Below the pieces are notes generated by a model, which was not told the DNA's origin, did no database searches, and worked only from the letters and a program-made list of their open reading frames with translations. From a virus (Duplodnaviria > Caudoviricetes): DNA of 64,000 nucleotides. Positions 19,568-30,227 of this stretch are shown one piece after another. Both the position numbers and the translations under genes were made by a program. The stretch is from positions 11,886-75,885 of the IMG/VR virus record IMGVR_UViG_3300023311_001083. One strand, given 5' to 3'. How positions within the stretch are numbered: the first letter of the stretch is position 1; each line of letters begins with the position of its first letter.

Positions 19568-20137
19568 TTACATCGCTGGTGCTGTTTGTGGTGCAGCAGG
19601 TGGCATTCCACTTGGTGCAGATGGTGGGACGGCGCCTGGTACAGTAGGGGCTGGTGCTCCGTTGACAGGAGTAGTCTCTTTTAATTTATCAGAGTGTTCT
19701 TCATCATTTTTCATTTTATTCATATAACCTTTATACATATCAAATGCAACTTTTTTGGGCATTTGAAATTCTACAATCCATATAGGCCTTCTGTCTAATT
19801 TACCTTTTTTACTATTGGGTCGAATATCTTCTGGTGTTTTTATTGGTCTAGGTTCAATTAAATGAGATTTTTGATAAACTACCTTACATCCGATATCCAC
19901 TAATCTTTTACCACCAATTGGATCTGGCATTTTATCTCTTGGCCACATGAAGCCCACTGTTATCCAATGTCTTCCTACAACAGGCCCGTACGCCAATTCA
20001 CCATCAATCCAATTATCATAAACATATAAATCCATTTCATCAAGAACTCGCTCAAAATCTTTTAATATGCCTAAACTAGAGTTATTCTCATATAAGTCTT
20101 GAATATTTTTTATTACATCTAATATATCAGTAACCAT
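19568..20137 (-). CDS. Hypothetical protein with Pro/Ala-rich tail
   Basis: 189-aa ORF; TAAATA upstream (~20162). Confidence 0.55.
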   Translation of the reverse strand: MVTDILDVIKNIQDLYENNSSLGILKDFERVLDEMDLYVYDNWIDGELAYGPVVGRHWITVGFMWPRDKMPDPIGGKRLVDIGCKVVYQKSHLIEPRPIKTPEDIRPNSKKGKLDRRPIWIVEFQMPKKVAFDMYKGYMNKMKNDEEHSDKLKETTPVNGAPAPTVPGAVPPSAPSGMPPAAPQTAPAM

Positions 20138-20267
20138 TTTTTCTTCCCAAAGTTGTTCTAGTATTTAGCATTTTATGACTTATGTATAAACATGAATGTA
20201 TTGTTATATAAATAAATGTAATGGATAAGGAATATTCATTAATTTAAAATATCGTCGGAGATAACAA

Positions 20268-20990
20268 ATGGCTTTAAAACGTGAAAAGAAAGTTGAATCA
20301 GATAAAATAATTAAACCTAAGTTTGCAGTTGCAAGACAGGAAAACATAACACCGTTAGTTCCATTAAATCCGCTTCAAGCAACTTATATTAATCATATTT
20401 TAACTAAAAAAATAATAATTTCAACTGGATATCCAGGAACTTCAAAAACATATATTCCTACAGTAATGGCATGTGATATGTGGCGAAAAGGTGAAATTAA
20501 TAGAATATATTTGACCAGACCAAATGTTTCAAATTCCAAAAGCTTAGGTTATTTCAGCGGTTCTCTTATTGAAAAAATGACTAATTGGTTATTGCCTATT
20601 TTAGATATAATGAATAAACGTTTAGGAAAATCTGTAGTTGAAATCGCTATTAAAACTGGCGATATTTCTTTTATACCGTTAGAAACTATTAAAGGTATGA
20701 GTTTTGGACCAGATACATTTGTAATATGTGATGAAGCAGAAGATTTAACCGTTAAAGAAGCAATTTCTATTGTTACTCGTATGGGCGGTTGTAGAATGGT
20801 GTTAGCTGGAGATTTAGAGCAATCAGCATTAGATGAAAAAAGTGGACTGTTATATTTAAAACAAATGGTAGAAACATCACCAAATTTAGAAGAATATACT
20901 GGATTTGTTGATTTTAATAGACCATCTGATATTGTTAGATCACCAGAATGTAAAGCATGGATACTCGCGATTAAAAATAGTAAAAAATAA
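20268..20990 (+). CDS. phoH: PhoH-like ATPase
   Basis: GYPGTSKT, TRPNV, LGYFSGSL.EKM, DEAED, GDLEQS, DIVRS. Confidence 0.9.
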   Translation: MALKREKKVESDKIIKPKFAVARQENITPLVPLNPLQATYINHILTKKIIISTGYPGTSKTYIPTVMACDMWRKGEINRIYLTRPNVSNSKSLGYFSGSLIEKMTNWLLPILDIMNKRLGKSVVEIAIKTGDISFIPLETIKGMSFGPDTFVICDEAEDLTVKEAISIVTRMGGCRMVLAGDLEQSALDEKSGLLYLKQMVETSPNLEEYTGFVDFNRPSDIVRSPECKAWILAIKNSKK

Positions 20991-21036
20991 TAAATTATAT
21001 AAGTGGGTTGGATTAACAACCCACTTATTCTTCGTC

Positions 21037-21954
21037 TTACAATTTAGACAATCTAATCATAACTGCAGCCAAATTAATCTCAGTATCACTCATTGCAACT
21101 TGATCAACAATTCCTTTTTGAATAATTAAAATTGCTTTGTCTTGCTTTTCTTCATCACCAAAAATTTCAATATTATCATACATCCATCTATAGATTGAAT
21201 CATGCTCTTCTGGTCTTGCTTGACTACATACTAATTTGCGAGCTTCTCTAATTTTGCCTGCTTTGAATAAATTTACCATTTCTAGTCTATAATCAGCACT
21301 ACCAGATGAATCGGATTGTGGTGTTTGCAACACTCCATCTAAACTATTCATTTGAATATTATTAATACATTTGCGTAAATCAGGATATGATGCTTTTACA
21401 TATGTATCTAACGTATCTAAGTCAAACTTAACATTTTCATTCATTAAGATAGTAGCAACACGCGCAGTATATTCAGTATGATCAATTGTTTCAATTGGAA
21501 AGCTTTGACATCTCGAATGTATCGCTGGAATTATTTTATTACTGTAATTACCAGTGAGTATAAATCTTGCAGTTTCGTGATATTCTTCCATGACCCCACG
21601 TAATGCTGCTTGTGCCTGTAATGAAAAGAAATCAAACTCATCCAATAATACCACTTTAAAAGATCCGAAGGGTATCATTTGAACAAAATTTGTAATTTTT
21701 TCACGAACATCATCAATTGAGTTTGATCTACTTGCATTTAATTCTAAAATATCAAATGGATTTATCTCTAATTCATTAAATAATATTTTAGCTAATGTTG
21801 TCTTTCCACGTCCAGCCCCACCTAATATAAGTAAATTACCGATTGATTTATCTTTAATCCATCGTTCAACTTGCTGTCGTTGTTGATCGTTATTAAATAC
21901 ATACCCATCAAGTGTTTTAGGTCGGTAACGTTCAGTCCATAGTTCTGTTGCCAT
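21037..21954 (-). CDS. Clamp loader AAA+ subunit (gp44/RFC-small-like)
   Basis: WTERYRPKTL, GGAGRGKT, LNAS, LDEFD, SRC. Confidence 0.9.
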   Translation of the reverse strand: MATELWTERYRPKTLDGYVFNNDQQRQQVERWIKDKSIGNLLILGGAGRGKTTLAKILFNELEINPFDILELNASRSNSIDDVREKITNFVQMIPFGSFKVVLLDEFDFFSLQAQAALRGVMEEYHETARFILTGNYSNKIIPAIHSRCQSFPIETIDHTEYTARVATILMNENVKFDLDTLDTYVKASYPDLRKCINNIQMNSLDGVLQTPQSDSSGSADYRLEMVNLFKAGKIREARKLVCSQARPEEHDSIYRWMYDNIEIFGDEEKQDKAILIIQKGIVDQVAMSDTEINLAAVMIRLSKL

Positions 21955-22020
21955 TTTATTCTCGGATTTTTGTTAAGAAAAAGAAAGATAGTAGCACAGT
22001 ATTAAATGTGCTACTAATAT

Positions 22021-22404
22021 TTAAAACATTGGTTGTGAGAAATCAAACTCTTGGGTTGTTGACGCGTTTGATTTGCCGATATTAATATCAGATGGTAAAA
22101 AGTTAGAAACTGCTATAATTGCATTAGTATCGACTCGTAAAATTTTAATTTTAGAGCCATCATGATCTATGACTTCAAAGCTACGAGTCCATCTTCCATG
22201 TTCTACTAAAATCCAATCACCAACGTTTACGTCGCTTTGTTCTTTGCCTATTGCCCATACTCTTGCCCATCGAGGTCTAATACCTTCAGATTTGCCATTA
22301 TCACTATTAACAATAATGCCACTTGCAGTTTTTTGCTCATCAAAATTCATATCAGTAACAATGACATGATCATGAATTGGTTTAACTACTGGTGAAATAC
22401 TCAT
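22021..22404 (-). CDS. groES: GroES-like co-chaperonin
   Basis: VKPIHDHVIV...EQKTASGII...VGDWILV. Confidence 0.8.
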   Translation of the reverse strand: MSISPVVKPIHDHVIVTDMNFDEQKTASGIIVNSDNGKSEGIRPRWARVWAIGKEQSDVNVGDWILVEHGRWTRSFEVIDHDGSKIKILRVDTNAIIAVSNFLPSDINIGKSNASTTQEFDFSQPMF

Positions 22405-22736
22405 TTATTACCTTTTGAAATATTATTGGGTTTAACTTCTACCACTGGTGGTTGTTCAACAGCTGGCACAGGGTTTGGAATTGTCACAGTGCTTTCTTGT
22501 GTAACTGGTTTTTCTGCTTGTGCAACTGGTCTTGTATAATCGGGTACTATTTGTGAGGATGATATTTCTTTAATAACATCTTCATGTTTTCTAATAATTT
22601 TACCGCCTGGTCCTAACTCATCACCGCGTGCATTTACTCTAACATTACCAACAGCAACAGTCATTTCATGTTGGTTAATTAATTGTTCCATATTTACTTC
22701 TTTACCTAAAATAGATTTATACATTGATCCGGTCAT
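22401..22736 (-). CDS. Hypothetical protein
   Basis: 111-aa ORF. Confidence 0.55.
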   Translation of the reverse strand: MTGSMYKSILGKEVNMEQLINQHEMTVAVGNVRVNARGDELGPGGKIIRKHEDVIKEISSSQIVPDYTRPVAQAEKPVTQESTVTIPNPVPAVEQPPVVEVKPNNISKGNK

Positions 22737-22774
22737 AATGCCTCCTTATAGAATAGTACTTATCATTTTATTGT

Positions 22775-23284
22775 TTATCTAAAAAATTCTTTATAATCTA
22801 TGTTATATTTAATTGAGTTTATTTTATGCACACCTAATAAAAATAGCACATAACTAGCGACAGAACTTCCACGTCCAACACCCCACAAAACATTGTTTTC
22901 CAAACAAGTATCTACAAAATATTTTAACCATTGTAGCAATCTAATTAAGTTTCTATTTTTAAACTCAGATAATTCAATTTCTACTCTTTCTTTTTCTACA
23001 TTAGAAACGCATTTTGTTAAACAGAATTCACTTACATCAAATGTATAGTATTTTTCTGGCATGAACCATTTATCTTGAAGAGCTGTATCAAATTCATTGA
23101 TGTTAAGTGTTTGGATTGTGCTATTATATTTTGTAAAATTTATATTAGAAATTTCAATAAATTGGTCAATATCAATATTATCCGAAACCATTAACTCGTT
23201 AAGTTTATCAATATGACCTAAATATATTGCATTAAATATATCAGTTTCGTTAAAAACAGGATTTTTAAATTTATCTATTTGCAT
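22775..23284 (-). CDS. Short DnaE (Pol III alpha)-like fragment
   Basis: WGVGRGSSVASYVLFLLGVHKIN matches the DnaE GRGS.A.S.V.Y.LGIT motif; ends before the catalytic PDxD. Confidence 0.7.
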   Translation of the reverse strand: MQIDKFKNPVFNETDIFNAIYLGHIDKLNELMVSDNIDIDQFIEISNINFTKYNSTIQTLNINEFDTALQDKWFMPEKYYTFDVSEFCLTKCVSNVEKERVEIELSEFKNRNLIRLLQWLKYFVDTCLENNVLWGVGRGSSVASYVLFLLGVHKINSIKYNIDYKEFFR

Positions 23285-23294
23285 AGATAATATT

Positions 23295-23525
23295 TTAATT
23301 TACTTTGATTAGTTTGTCAAGATTTTTATTTGGTGTTTCTAATGTTTTTTGCCATGCAAGTACTTTTCTACGTTCTATTTCAGCGTTATACGTATCTAAA
23401 TATAAAATTATCTCTGCTTTTATATCTGGATTTCGGGTATTAAAATACTTATTTGTCAAATCATATATTTTTGCTTCTATATCAGCATCTTTCATCTCAC
23501 TTATATCACCAACTAATGGATGCAT
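23295..23525 (-). CDS. Hypothetical protein
   Basis: 76-aa ORF. Confidence 0.55.
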   Translation of the reverse strand: MHPLVGDISEMKDADIEAKIYDLTNKYFNTRNPDIKAEIILYLDTYNAEIERRKVLAWQKTLETPNKNLDKLIKVN

Positions 23526-24637
23526 TAAAATTCTCCGATTAAATCAATATACACATTATCTCCACCATCAGTACTCCATGCTTGGAGAACTTTTTTATTT
23601 ATAATCTCCCCTAACACAACAGTTGCTTCTGCTGGAGTTGAATTTGCTGATATAATTTCAACAGTTGGTGCTTCTGTAAAACCTTGGCCTGGATCAGTGA
23701 CTGTTATTTTGTCAATACCAAAGTATATCTGAATTATTGCGCCAGAGCCATTTGCTGAATTAGAAAATAAATTTCTTGTCGGATTGGTGAATGAAGTTGG
23801 TGTATCATAAATCCCACTTGATATTAAATCTAGTGCAGTTATCATTCCAGAATTGCCAATACTTGTTACTTTTAATTTTGTTTGTGGATTAGTAATATCA
23901 TAAAAAATATCATCAACAACATATCCTGATCCATCATTCCCAAAAATAAAATTTACTACTTTATATGTAGCAGTTGCAGTAGGTAGTCTATAATTGGTTA
24001 TTGTATTCGCCGTAGTAAAAGTAAAGGTCGCTGGTACTGTGTATGATGAGCCAGGGCTAGTAACGTTAATTTGACTTACTGATTTACCACCCAATGAAAC
24101 TTTATTAGCGGTTAATGATTGAGTTGGAAAATATTCAAGCAGTTTTTTACTATAATGAATATTTCCTGGGGTTGTTGTTTCAAAACCAACATCCCAAACT
24201 CCACTTTGTTGACTATTATCTAAAATTATGGTAGCATGTGAATATGTTCCAGCAACACCCCAATTAGTAAATCTTAATGAAGCACTATATGTGAGAGATA
24301 ATTCATATGTGGGTGCTACATTTAAATTTATTTCGTTAGAATTTGTAACACCACTTAAAACAACATCAGTATGAACTATACTATTAAATTGTTTGAATTT
24401 GCCATTGCTTATTGTACTTTGGCCGATATCATTGACTACACTAGACGTATTTCCTGAAGAGTTAGTTGCCAATGATGCTTTTAAAACTGATCTATTTTCC
24501 AAAGTTGTAATTGCTGTATTTGCCGCAAGCAATCCTTCACGAATATATGTAAAATTATCCCTAAAACCTTGACTACTATTATCCACACCAGCTACTGGAA
24601 ATGTTACATCTATTGCATCGTAATTAATATTACTCAT
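23525..24637 (-). CDS. Virion structural protein (baseplate/tail region)
   Basis: NSSQGFRDNF N-terminus, beta-rich ITVTDPGQGFTEAPTV repeats. Confidence 0.55.
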   Translation of the reverse strand: MSNINYDAIDVTFPVAGVDNSSQGFRDNFTYIREGLLAANTAITTLENRSVLKASLATNSSGNTSSVVNDIGQSTISNGKFKQFNSIVHTDVVLSGVTNSNEINLNVAPTYELSLTYSASLRFTNWGVAGTYSHATIILDNSQQSGVWDVGFETTTPGNIHYSKKLLEYFPTQSLTANKVSLGGKSVSQINVTSPGSSYTVPATFTFTTANTITNYRLPTATATYKVVNFIFGNDGSGYVVDDIFYDITNPQTKLKVTSIGNSGMITALDLISSGIYDTPTSFTNPTRNLFSNSANGSGAIIQIYFGIDKITVTDPGQGFTEAPTVEIISANSTPAEATVVLGEIINKKVLQAWSTDGGDNVYIDLIGEF

Positions 24638-26913
24638 ATTGTCATCCTATCATTGTTAAATTCTAAATATTTATCATTTGGGTATCCGGTAACAGCATCT
24701 ATTATGTAACGATCTATGTAATAATCTATTTGTTTAAAATCAAAATTACTACGTTTTATATTTGATATAATACCAGCAGCTTTTCCTACTTTACAGAAAC
24801 ATAATGGAATAACTAAACGTAAACCAACGTCAGTAGAGTTAGTTAAATCTATTGATTGCATCCACAAAGGTATATAGTTTCCATTAGTTATTAATGTTGA
24901 ATTATGTGTTGTTTTAATGCGTTGTTCCCAATTATTAACACTACTTGGGTAATAAACATTATCATTGATTGACTTTTCTAACGAAGCTGATTTACCATTA
25001 ATCTCAGCTGAATCAATCATTTGCAAGTATATAACTTCATAGAGACCATTTCTTGTGCCAGGAGAAACTGCAGTTGAATATGATATATTTCCAAATTGAA
25101 ACCTCTTGTTTTTATGGTTATGATTCATGCTACTAACAAACATGCTTGCAGTATCGCGCTGAATACCAGCATAAATTAACATGGATAATTCATCTTGAAT
25201 TCCGTAATTTTCATCTCCTACTCTATAAAGACTACTTGGTGTAAAAATAGTAGGGTCATTTATAAAATCACTCCATAATTTGCGTTGTTCAATCTTTAAC
25301 AATGGTTTTACTTTAATATTACTATAACTAAGTGTATCAGAAATATCAATTGACATTGTAAACGTTCTATCAGCTGTCCCATTTAAATCAGATGCCCTTA
25401 TAGTAAATTGGCTAGGTGTTGTATTGGTTATATAAGGTGTACCAACTATATTTCCATCTGGATCTAACTCTAAACCTGATGGCAATGTACCATCTATTAA
25501 TTCATATATTAACTGAGCACCTTGATGTGAACTCACTGCTTTTAATGCTACGTTAGAAATAATATTAGCGGGTAGAGTATCTAAATTATTATTTGTAATC
25601 CAAGTAATTTTAGTAGCCAATTCATTAATTAATGTCATGCTAAAAGTTCTCGATGAACTTTCATGATGTCCTAGATCATCGTATACTGTAGCAGTAATTG
25701 TAAATATATAGTCACGATGTCTAGCTATTTGTTCAGGTACATATCCAAAAATACTTCCAGTAACTGGATCAAACTGCATTCCTGATGGTAAATTTGAAAT
25801 ACTATCAATAGAAAAAATTGTTGATGCTGGTGAATAAACCGCCATAACAACAGCTATATAATTTCCAGTTCTAAATAATCCTAACTGTGCTGGTGTTACC
25901 CATTTTGGAGGAATGATATGTGTTGCATCAATAGTAAAATTAGTTGAATCGATAGTGTATTGATTATTATCAGCATTTAAAAACTCGTTACCAACTGCAA
26001 ATATAGTAAATTGACGCTTAATTGAAGAAAAACCATCTGAAACTGTGACTATAAAATCATAAACTCTACTTAATTCTATCGCTTCTAAATCTTCAAAGCT
26101 AGTGTCATAAAAATCAGTATCATACGCTAATGCTTCATATCCTTTTATTACTCCACGTTTATTTGGAGCAGTAACTGGTATAATTTCAGTATCAAATAAA
26201 GGTCCATCAAATGCAAAACTATCATACCCTCTAATTTTTGATGGATCGATAAATGGTGTTTTGGTTAATAAAGAATCATATACGTATGATTCAAAACCTT
26301 TTGTATCATAAATCAATTCTACTATGATTGGATCTTCTATAAGTGCATCTGAGTCATACAAATTATTTTCATATCTTGATTTTTCATACCCAACTTGATC
26401 ATTATATAATTTTGTTAGCGGTGTTACTTTTCCACTAATTACACCATCAAGTGATAATGACAACCCATCTGGTAAAACACCGTCATTACTTGAAATAAAA
26501 TATGTTAATGTCCTGCTTGCAGCAGTATCATTATCATGGGCAGCAATTTTAAATTCTACATATGTGTCTTCTAATGCATAATATTGACCGTGGTACCCTA
26601 TTTGCAATAATCCGCTATTTGTGTCAATAACTGTTGGATCTGCACCAGTAATAGTCATTGTAAATGTTCTATCTGATGTTTGATTGCCGCTGGTTGCACG
26701 AATACAAAATATAAAATCTGTAATATCCCCAACTTCAGCAGGTATACCTTCTATTCTATCATTTTGTATAATTAATCCAGGTGGAAGTTGGCCTGAAATT
26801 ACTTTATAAGATGCTATTTGATAAGGCAGTATAGGAAGCGATTCACTAATAGCTGTATTTTCGTCAAAAACACCGAACGAGTACCCAGATTTTTCTGACC
26901 ATATATTAAGCAT
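24634..26913 (-). CDS. Baseplate-like structural protein with putative-Ig repeats
   Basis: Four LP[PDS]G[LM] Ig-like (He_PIG-type) repeats. Confidence 0.6.
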   Translation of the reverse strand: MLNIWSEKSGYSFGVFDENTAISESLPILPYQIASYKVISGQLPPGLIIQNDRIEGIPAEVGDITDFIFCIRATSGNQTSDRTFTMTITGADPTVIDTNSGLLQIGYHGQYYALEDTYVEFKIAAHDNDTAASRTLTYFISSNDGVLPDGLSLSLDGVISGKVTPLTKLYNDQVGYEKSRYENNLYDSDALIEDPIIVELIYDTKGFESYVYDSLLTKTPFIDPSKIRGYDSFAFDGPLFDTEIIPVTAPNKRGVIKGYEALAYDTDFYDTSFEDLEAIELSRVYDFIVTVSDGFSSIKRQFTIFAVGNEFLNADNNQYTIDSTNFTIDATHIIPPKWVTPAQLGLFRTGNYIAVVMAVYSPASTIFSIDSISNLPSGMQFDPVTGSIFGYVPEQIARHRDYIFTITATVYDDLGHHESSSRTFSMTLINELATKITWITNNNLDTLPANIISNVALKAVSSHQGAQLIYELIDGTLPSGLELDPDGNIVGTPYITNTTPSQFTIRASDLNGTADRTFTMSIDISDTLSYSNIKVKPLLKIEQRKLWSDFINDPTIFTPSSLYRVGDENYGIQDELSMLIYAGIQRDTASMFVSSMNHNHKNKRFQFGNISYSTAVSPGTRNGLYEVIYLQMIDSAEINGKSASLEKSINDNVYYPSSVNNWEQRIKTTHNSTLITNGNYIPLWMQSIDLTNSTDVGLRLVIPLCFCKVGKAAGIISNIKRSNFDFKQIDYYIDRYIIDAVTGYPNDKYLEFNNDRMTI

Positions 26914-26926
26914 TATATTTCACCTA

Positions 26927-27478
26927 TTAATAATAAAGTTTAACACTTATCGTTCCGTTTATCATAAAACGTATAAAAATAGTATCTTCAGCAGTATAGC
27001 TATGAATTTCGTCAACAACATTACTTAACGTATATATAAATGCATCTTGTTTTATAACATCATGAATATTTCGAGTACTGATATATATTGACCCACTTCC
27101 AGTTAGCCCTAAACGATATGAACTTGGTATTGGGATCCAATTGTTTTCGGCAACATCGTATGAAAGTTCAGATGTTACTGCGATAACTCTCCCATAAGTA
27201 TCTACTATAATATTTGGATGAAAATATTTTCCAGGTGTTATTCCGGTAGATGAAAGCTTTATAGTCGCTTGTTGAATTTTAGAATTATAACTAGCAATAA
27301 GAGTACCTGATGCGTCAAGTGTTTCTAAACCGTCACCAGGCACTAACGGATACGTTGGTGCGTTAATACCAGCATAAACTTCACTAAAATTAAAATTAAC
27401 TTTTTCAAATGCTTGTCTGATACCATCACCAGTACCATCATTTCCTGAATTTCCGATATTAATTACTTGATTTGCCAT
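26927..27478 (-). CDS. Baseplate/tail-fibre-associated protein
   Basis: INIGNSGNDGTGDGIRQAFEKVNFNFSEVY, the T4 gp9/10-type N-terminal motif. Confidence 0.6.
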   Translation of the reverse strand: MANQVINIGNSGNDGTGDGIRQAFEKVNFNFSEVYAGINAPTYPLVPGDGLETLDASGTLIASYNSKIQQATIKLSSTGITPGKYFHPNIIVDTYGRVIAVTSELSYDVAENNWIPIPSSYRLGLTGSGSIYISTRNIHDVIKQDAFIYTLSNVVDEIHSYTAEDTIFIRFMINGTISVKLYY

Positions 27479-27544
27479 ATAAAAATTACCCTTTAATTAT
27501 ATAGTATTTATCCGTAATGATAAATATAACATTGGGAGATTAAT

Positions 27545-27766
27545 ATGATTAATACAATAAAAAAAATATTTGGATTACTAAAAACTAAAGAGAATGAAAA
27601 AATTGAAGAGATTATTGCACCAGTTTTAGAAACTGTTGAAATAGTAGAAAAGGTTATTACTAAAAAAGATAAAAAACCAAAAACTAAAAAACCGTCAGCA
27701 GTGGTTGAAAATACACCAGATCCACAAGTAAAACCAAAAAGAAAATATAATAAAACTAAAAAATAA
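27545..27766 (+). CDS. Small Lys-rich protein
   Basis: Divergent TAAATA at ~27521, GGGAG RBS. Confidence 0.55.
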   Translation: MINTIKKIFGLLKTKENEKIEEIIAPVLETVEIVEKVITKKDKKPKTKKPSAVVENTPDPQVKPKRKYNKTKK

Positions 27767-27773
27767 GTTAAAT

Positions 27774-27800
27774 AAAAAAAGGGCGGAATCGCCCTTTTTT
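27774..27800. terminator. Bidirectional intrinsic terminator
   Basis: A7-GGGCG-GAAT-CGCCC-T tract between convergent genes. Confidence 0.8.
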
Positions 27801-28334
27801 TTATCCTATATATTTACAATGACTTTTTTTTGTTTCCCATAACTCAAGGGCAACTACTTTTGCAACATCATCGATCATACTTTGTGCATAAATTTTAAGA
27901 TATTTGCAAATGTTCTCAGAGGTAGGAACAAAATTAACTAAAACAAAACTTTGATAATGTAATTGAATATTTGGATCAGCACTATCTACATAATCTATAA
28001 GAAAATCAAAATTTTCTGCTTTTTCAACTACTTTAGGATTTACTCCAGTGATGATTTCAAAATTTGGATCATTTATATCTATCATAAACTTATGATCTAA
28101 TACATCATCAACAAATTGTTTCATAAAATTTAAATTTTTAAAATCAGTAACCATTGAACTATCATCTAATCTATCAGCACCTAAAAATACTTTAATAGTA
28201 TAGCTATGACCATGTAAATGTTTACATGCACAATCAGTACTAATACTTAAATCTGGTCTATCTAATTTCTGAGCCCATACTCTGTGTCCGCCTTCCCATG
28301 AAAATTCTTTATCTATAACCCATTTATAACTCAT
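27801..28334 (-). CDS. queD: 6-carboxytetrahydropterin synthase QueD-like
   Basis: GHRV...CKHLHGHSY, DFKNL, DHKF, PTSENIC, LWETKKS; start moved to MSYKW (AGGA RBS). Confidence 0.85.
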   Translation of the reverse strand: MSYKWVIDKEFSWEGGHRVWAQKLDRPDLSISTDCACKHLHGHSYTIKVFLGADRLDDSSMVTDFKNLNFMKQFVDDVLDHKFMIDINDPNFEIITGVNPKVVEKAENFDFLIDYVDSADPNIQLHYQSFVLVNFVPTSENICKYLKIYAQSMIDDVAKVVALELWETKKSHCKYIG

Positions 28335-28350
28335 ATTAATTCCTATTAAT

Positions 28351-29571
28351 TTATGCAACTTTCAATAGTATTTGATTTTGATTAATCCTACCAGTTGCCT
28401 TGATGTCTATTGTTTTGATTGTATCCATAAATGTTCTTAATGATACTTTACCACATTTATTAAATTCTGCTAATTGTTCCATTGGTTTTCTTAGTGTTTT
28501 ACCAATTGAAAGACTCTCATTAAAACCAGTAACAGATGTGCCGTTTACTGCTAACTCATCGAACTCAGATGCAACGTATTTAAACAATTTTTTAGTTTTA
28601 GTATCAAAACACCATAATTCTTTTGCACCAATTATACTTGTAGGATTTATTGATACTAATTTTAACGGTTCAAATGTTTTTAAATATTTTAATTTAGATA
28701 CCAGTTTATCTTTCGGCACTGATTTTTTAGCGCGAACTTTTCTTTCTGCTTTAGCTTCTTGTATAAGCATATCACACGCTGATTGAATCTCCTTTAAGAA
28801 CAATAGCATGTTTTTTGTTTGTTTTTTAGTTCTATGTGAATAACCTTCTTTTAGTTGTTCATCAACTTCTAATCCATGTAATTCTTCAAACTCATTTAAT
28901 ATTTTACCATAATATTCACGAATAAATCTAGCATGTGCTGCTTTTACTTCTTTTCCTTTTAGCAAATTTACTATTTTTAATTTTTTAGGATCAAAATTAT
29001 CTGGATCAGTTTGCCAAACTTCAATAGCGTCTTCAATTTCATCAGTCATTAATAAGGATGCATCATAAACCCGATCTTGAATGGTAACTACAGGTGCCAC
29101 AAGTTTTGTTACTGGTGTTTCATCATCTTCATCATCACTAATTGATTCAGATGTTGTGGTTAGTATATATATGATTTTATTACGTAACCATTCTTCCATA
29201 CTAGCACCATTGTTTATTTCTTTATGACTTGATGGCATTCCTCTTAATAAGCATAAGGCTATACCACCAGTTGTAGAATTGCAGTGCCAATCTTTAGTAG
29301 ATTTAAATTGTGTTATAACGTCTTTATCATAATTGACAGTCTGCATCCATTTTAATACAGCTGGCTTATAATCTTTTTTAGAAAGATTTATATTATAATG
29401 TTTCATGGCGTCATGAAAAGTTCTTAAAAACGCGCCCTCAGGCCATGTTTCATATCCATCCCATAAAGGACTTAAATCCTTTCCTCTATTTTCTCGTATT
29501 GAAACTGAAGTTATACGTGTTTTTTTAGCTTTAGATTTTGAAGCACCGGCAATTTTTACATTTTTAGCCAT
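28351..29571 (-). CDS. Hypothetical protein
   Basis: 406-aa ORF. Confidence 0.6.
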   Translation of the reverse strand: MAKNVKIAGASKSKAKKTRITSVSIRENRGKDLSPLWDGYETWPEGAFLRTFHDAMKHYNINLSKKDYKPAVLKWMQTVNYDKDVITQFKSTKDWHCNSTTGGIALCLLRGMPSSHKEINNGASMEEWLRNKIIYILTTTSESISDDEDDETPVTKLVAPVVTIQDRVYDASLLMTDEIEDAIEVWQTDPDNFDPKKLKIVNLLKGKEVKAAHARFIREYYGKILNEFEELHGLEVDEQLKEGYSHRTKKQTKNMLLFLKEIQSACDMLIQEAKAERKVRAKKSVPKDKLVSKLKYLKTFEPLKLVSINPTSIIGAKELWCFDTKTKKLFKYVASEFDELAVNGTSVTGFNESLSIGKTLRKPMEQLAEFNKCGKVSLRTFMDTIKTIDIKATGRINQNQILLKVA

Positions 29572-29607
29572 TGTTGTTTCCAGTTAAATTAGAAGAATAT
29601 TTTTTAT

Positions 29608-29979
29608 TCACTGCTTTGTTATAAATGGGTTTAAATTTGGTGGAGAATATGAAGCTGGTTTCATTACTTTTCCATCTTCACGTTTAATTACTTTGCCAGT
29701 TGTAACATCTACTTTACTCATATTGGAACGAATAACCTCATCCCATGCACCTTGTGCATCAACACCAGCTGAATGTAACGCACCAACAGTTACTACTAAG
29801 ATGTCAATTAATGCGTCTAATTGTTCAACTACATCGTTATTTTCAATAGCATCTGCTAATTCATTAACTTCTTCTGTAATTAAATTTATGTACAAATTAT
29901 ACTGTTCTGCGTTGTATTTGTCAACTGATTGGTCTGATGCAACCATAAATCTTTCTTGATCTTTAAATATATTACTCAT
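29608..29979 (-). CDS. All-alpha NTP pyrophosphohydrolase (MazG/PRA-PH-like)
   Basis: LITEEVNEL...EQLDALIDILVV...SNMSK. Confidence 0.75.
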   Translation of the reverse strand: MSNIFKDQERFMVASDQSVDKYNAEQYNLYINLITEEVNELADAIENNDVVEQLDALIDILVVTVGALHSAGVDAQGAWDEVIRSNMSKVDVTTGKVIKREDGKVMKPASYSPPNLNPFITKQ

Positions 29980-30021
29980 TTTATTCCTTGTTGTTTATTT
30001 AATTGTGGTATTAAGTTAAAA

Positions 30022-30195
30022 TCATCGTTGATATTGTATTAATGGTTTTTGTTTTGGTTTTAGAAACCAATCATATTCTGCAAAGCAATCAACACACGCC
30101 TTCATATTAAGTGATGTGAATAACAGCATGGCTGCCCCGCATTTTGGACAATTTCTAGAGGGAGCTTCTTTTATTAAGTTTTTTTCTTCTGCCAT
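30022..30195 (-). CDS. Small Zn-ribbon protein (57 aa, not in ORF track)
   Basis: Hand translation MAEEKNLIKEAPSRNCPKCGAAMLLFTSLNMKACVDCFAEYDW...; two CxxC motifs. Confidence 0.6.
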   Translation of the reverse strand: MAEEKNLIKEAPSRNCPKCGAAMLLFTSLNMKACVDCFAEYDWFLKPKQKPLIQYQR

Positions 30196-30227
30196 GTTTT
30201 ATTATATCTATACTATCAACAAGATTT

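Noticed and set aside
20549-21019. Long antisense ORFs (also 13295-13711, 56255-56728, 28400-28786, 49304-49657 and similar)
   Set aside because: They shadow well-supported genes on the other strand, lack RBS and motifs, and are expected by chance.
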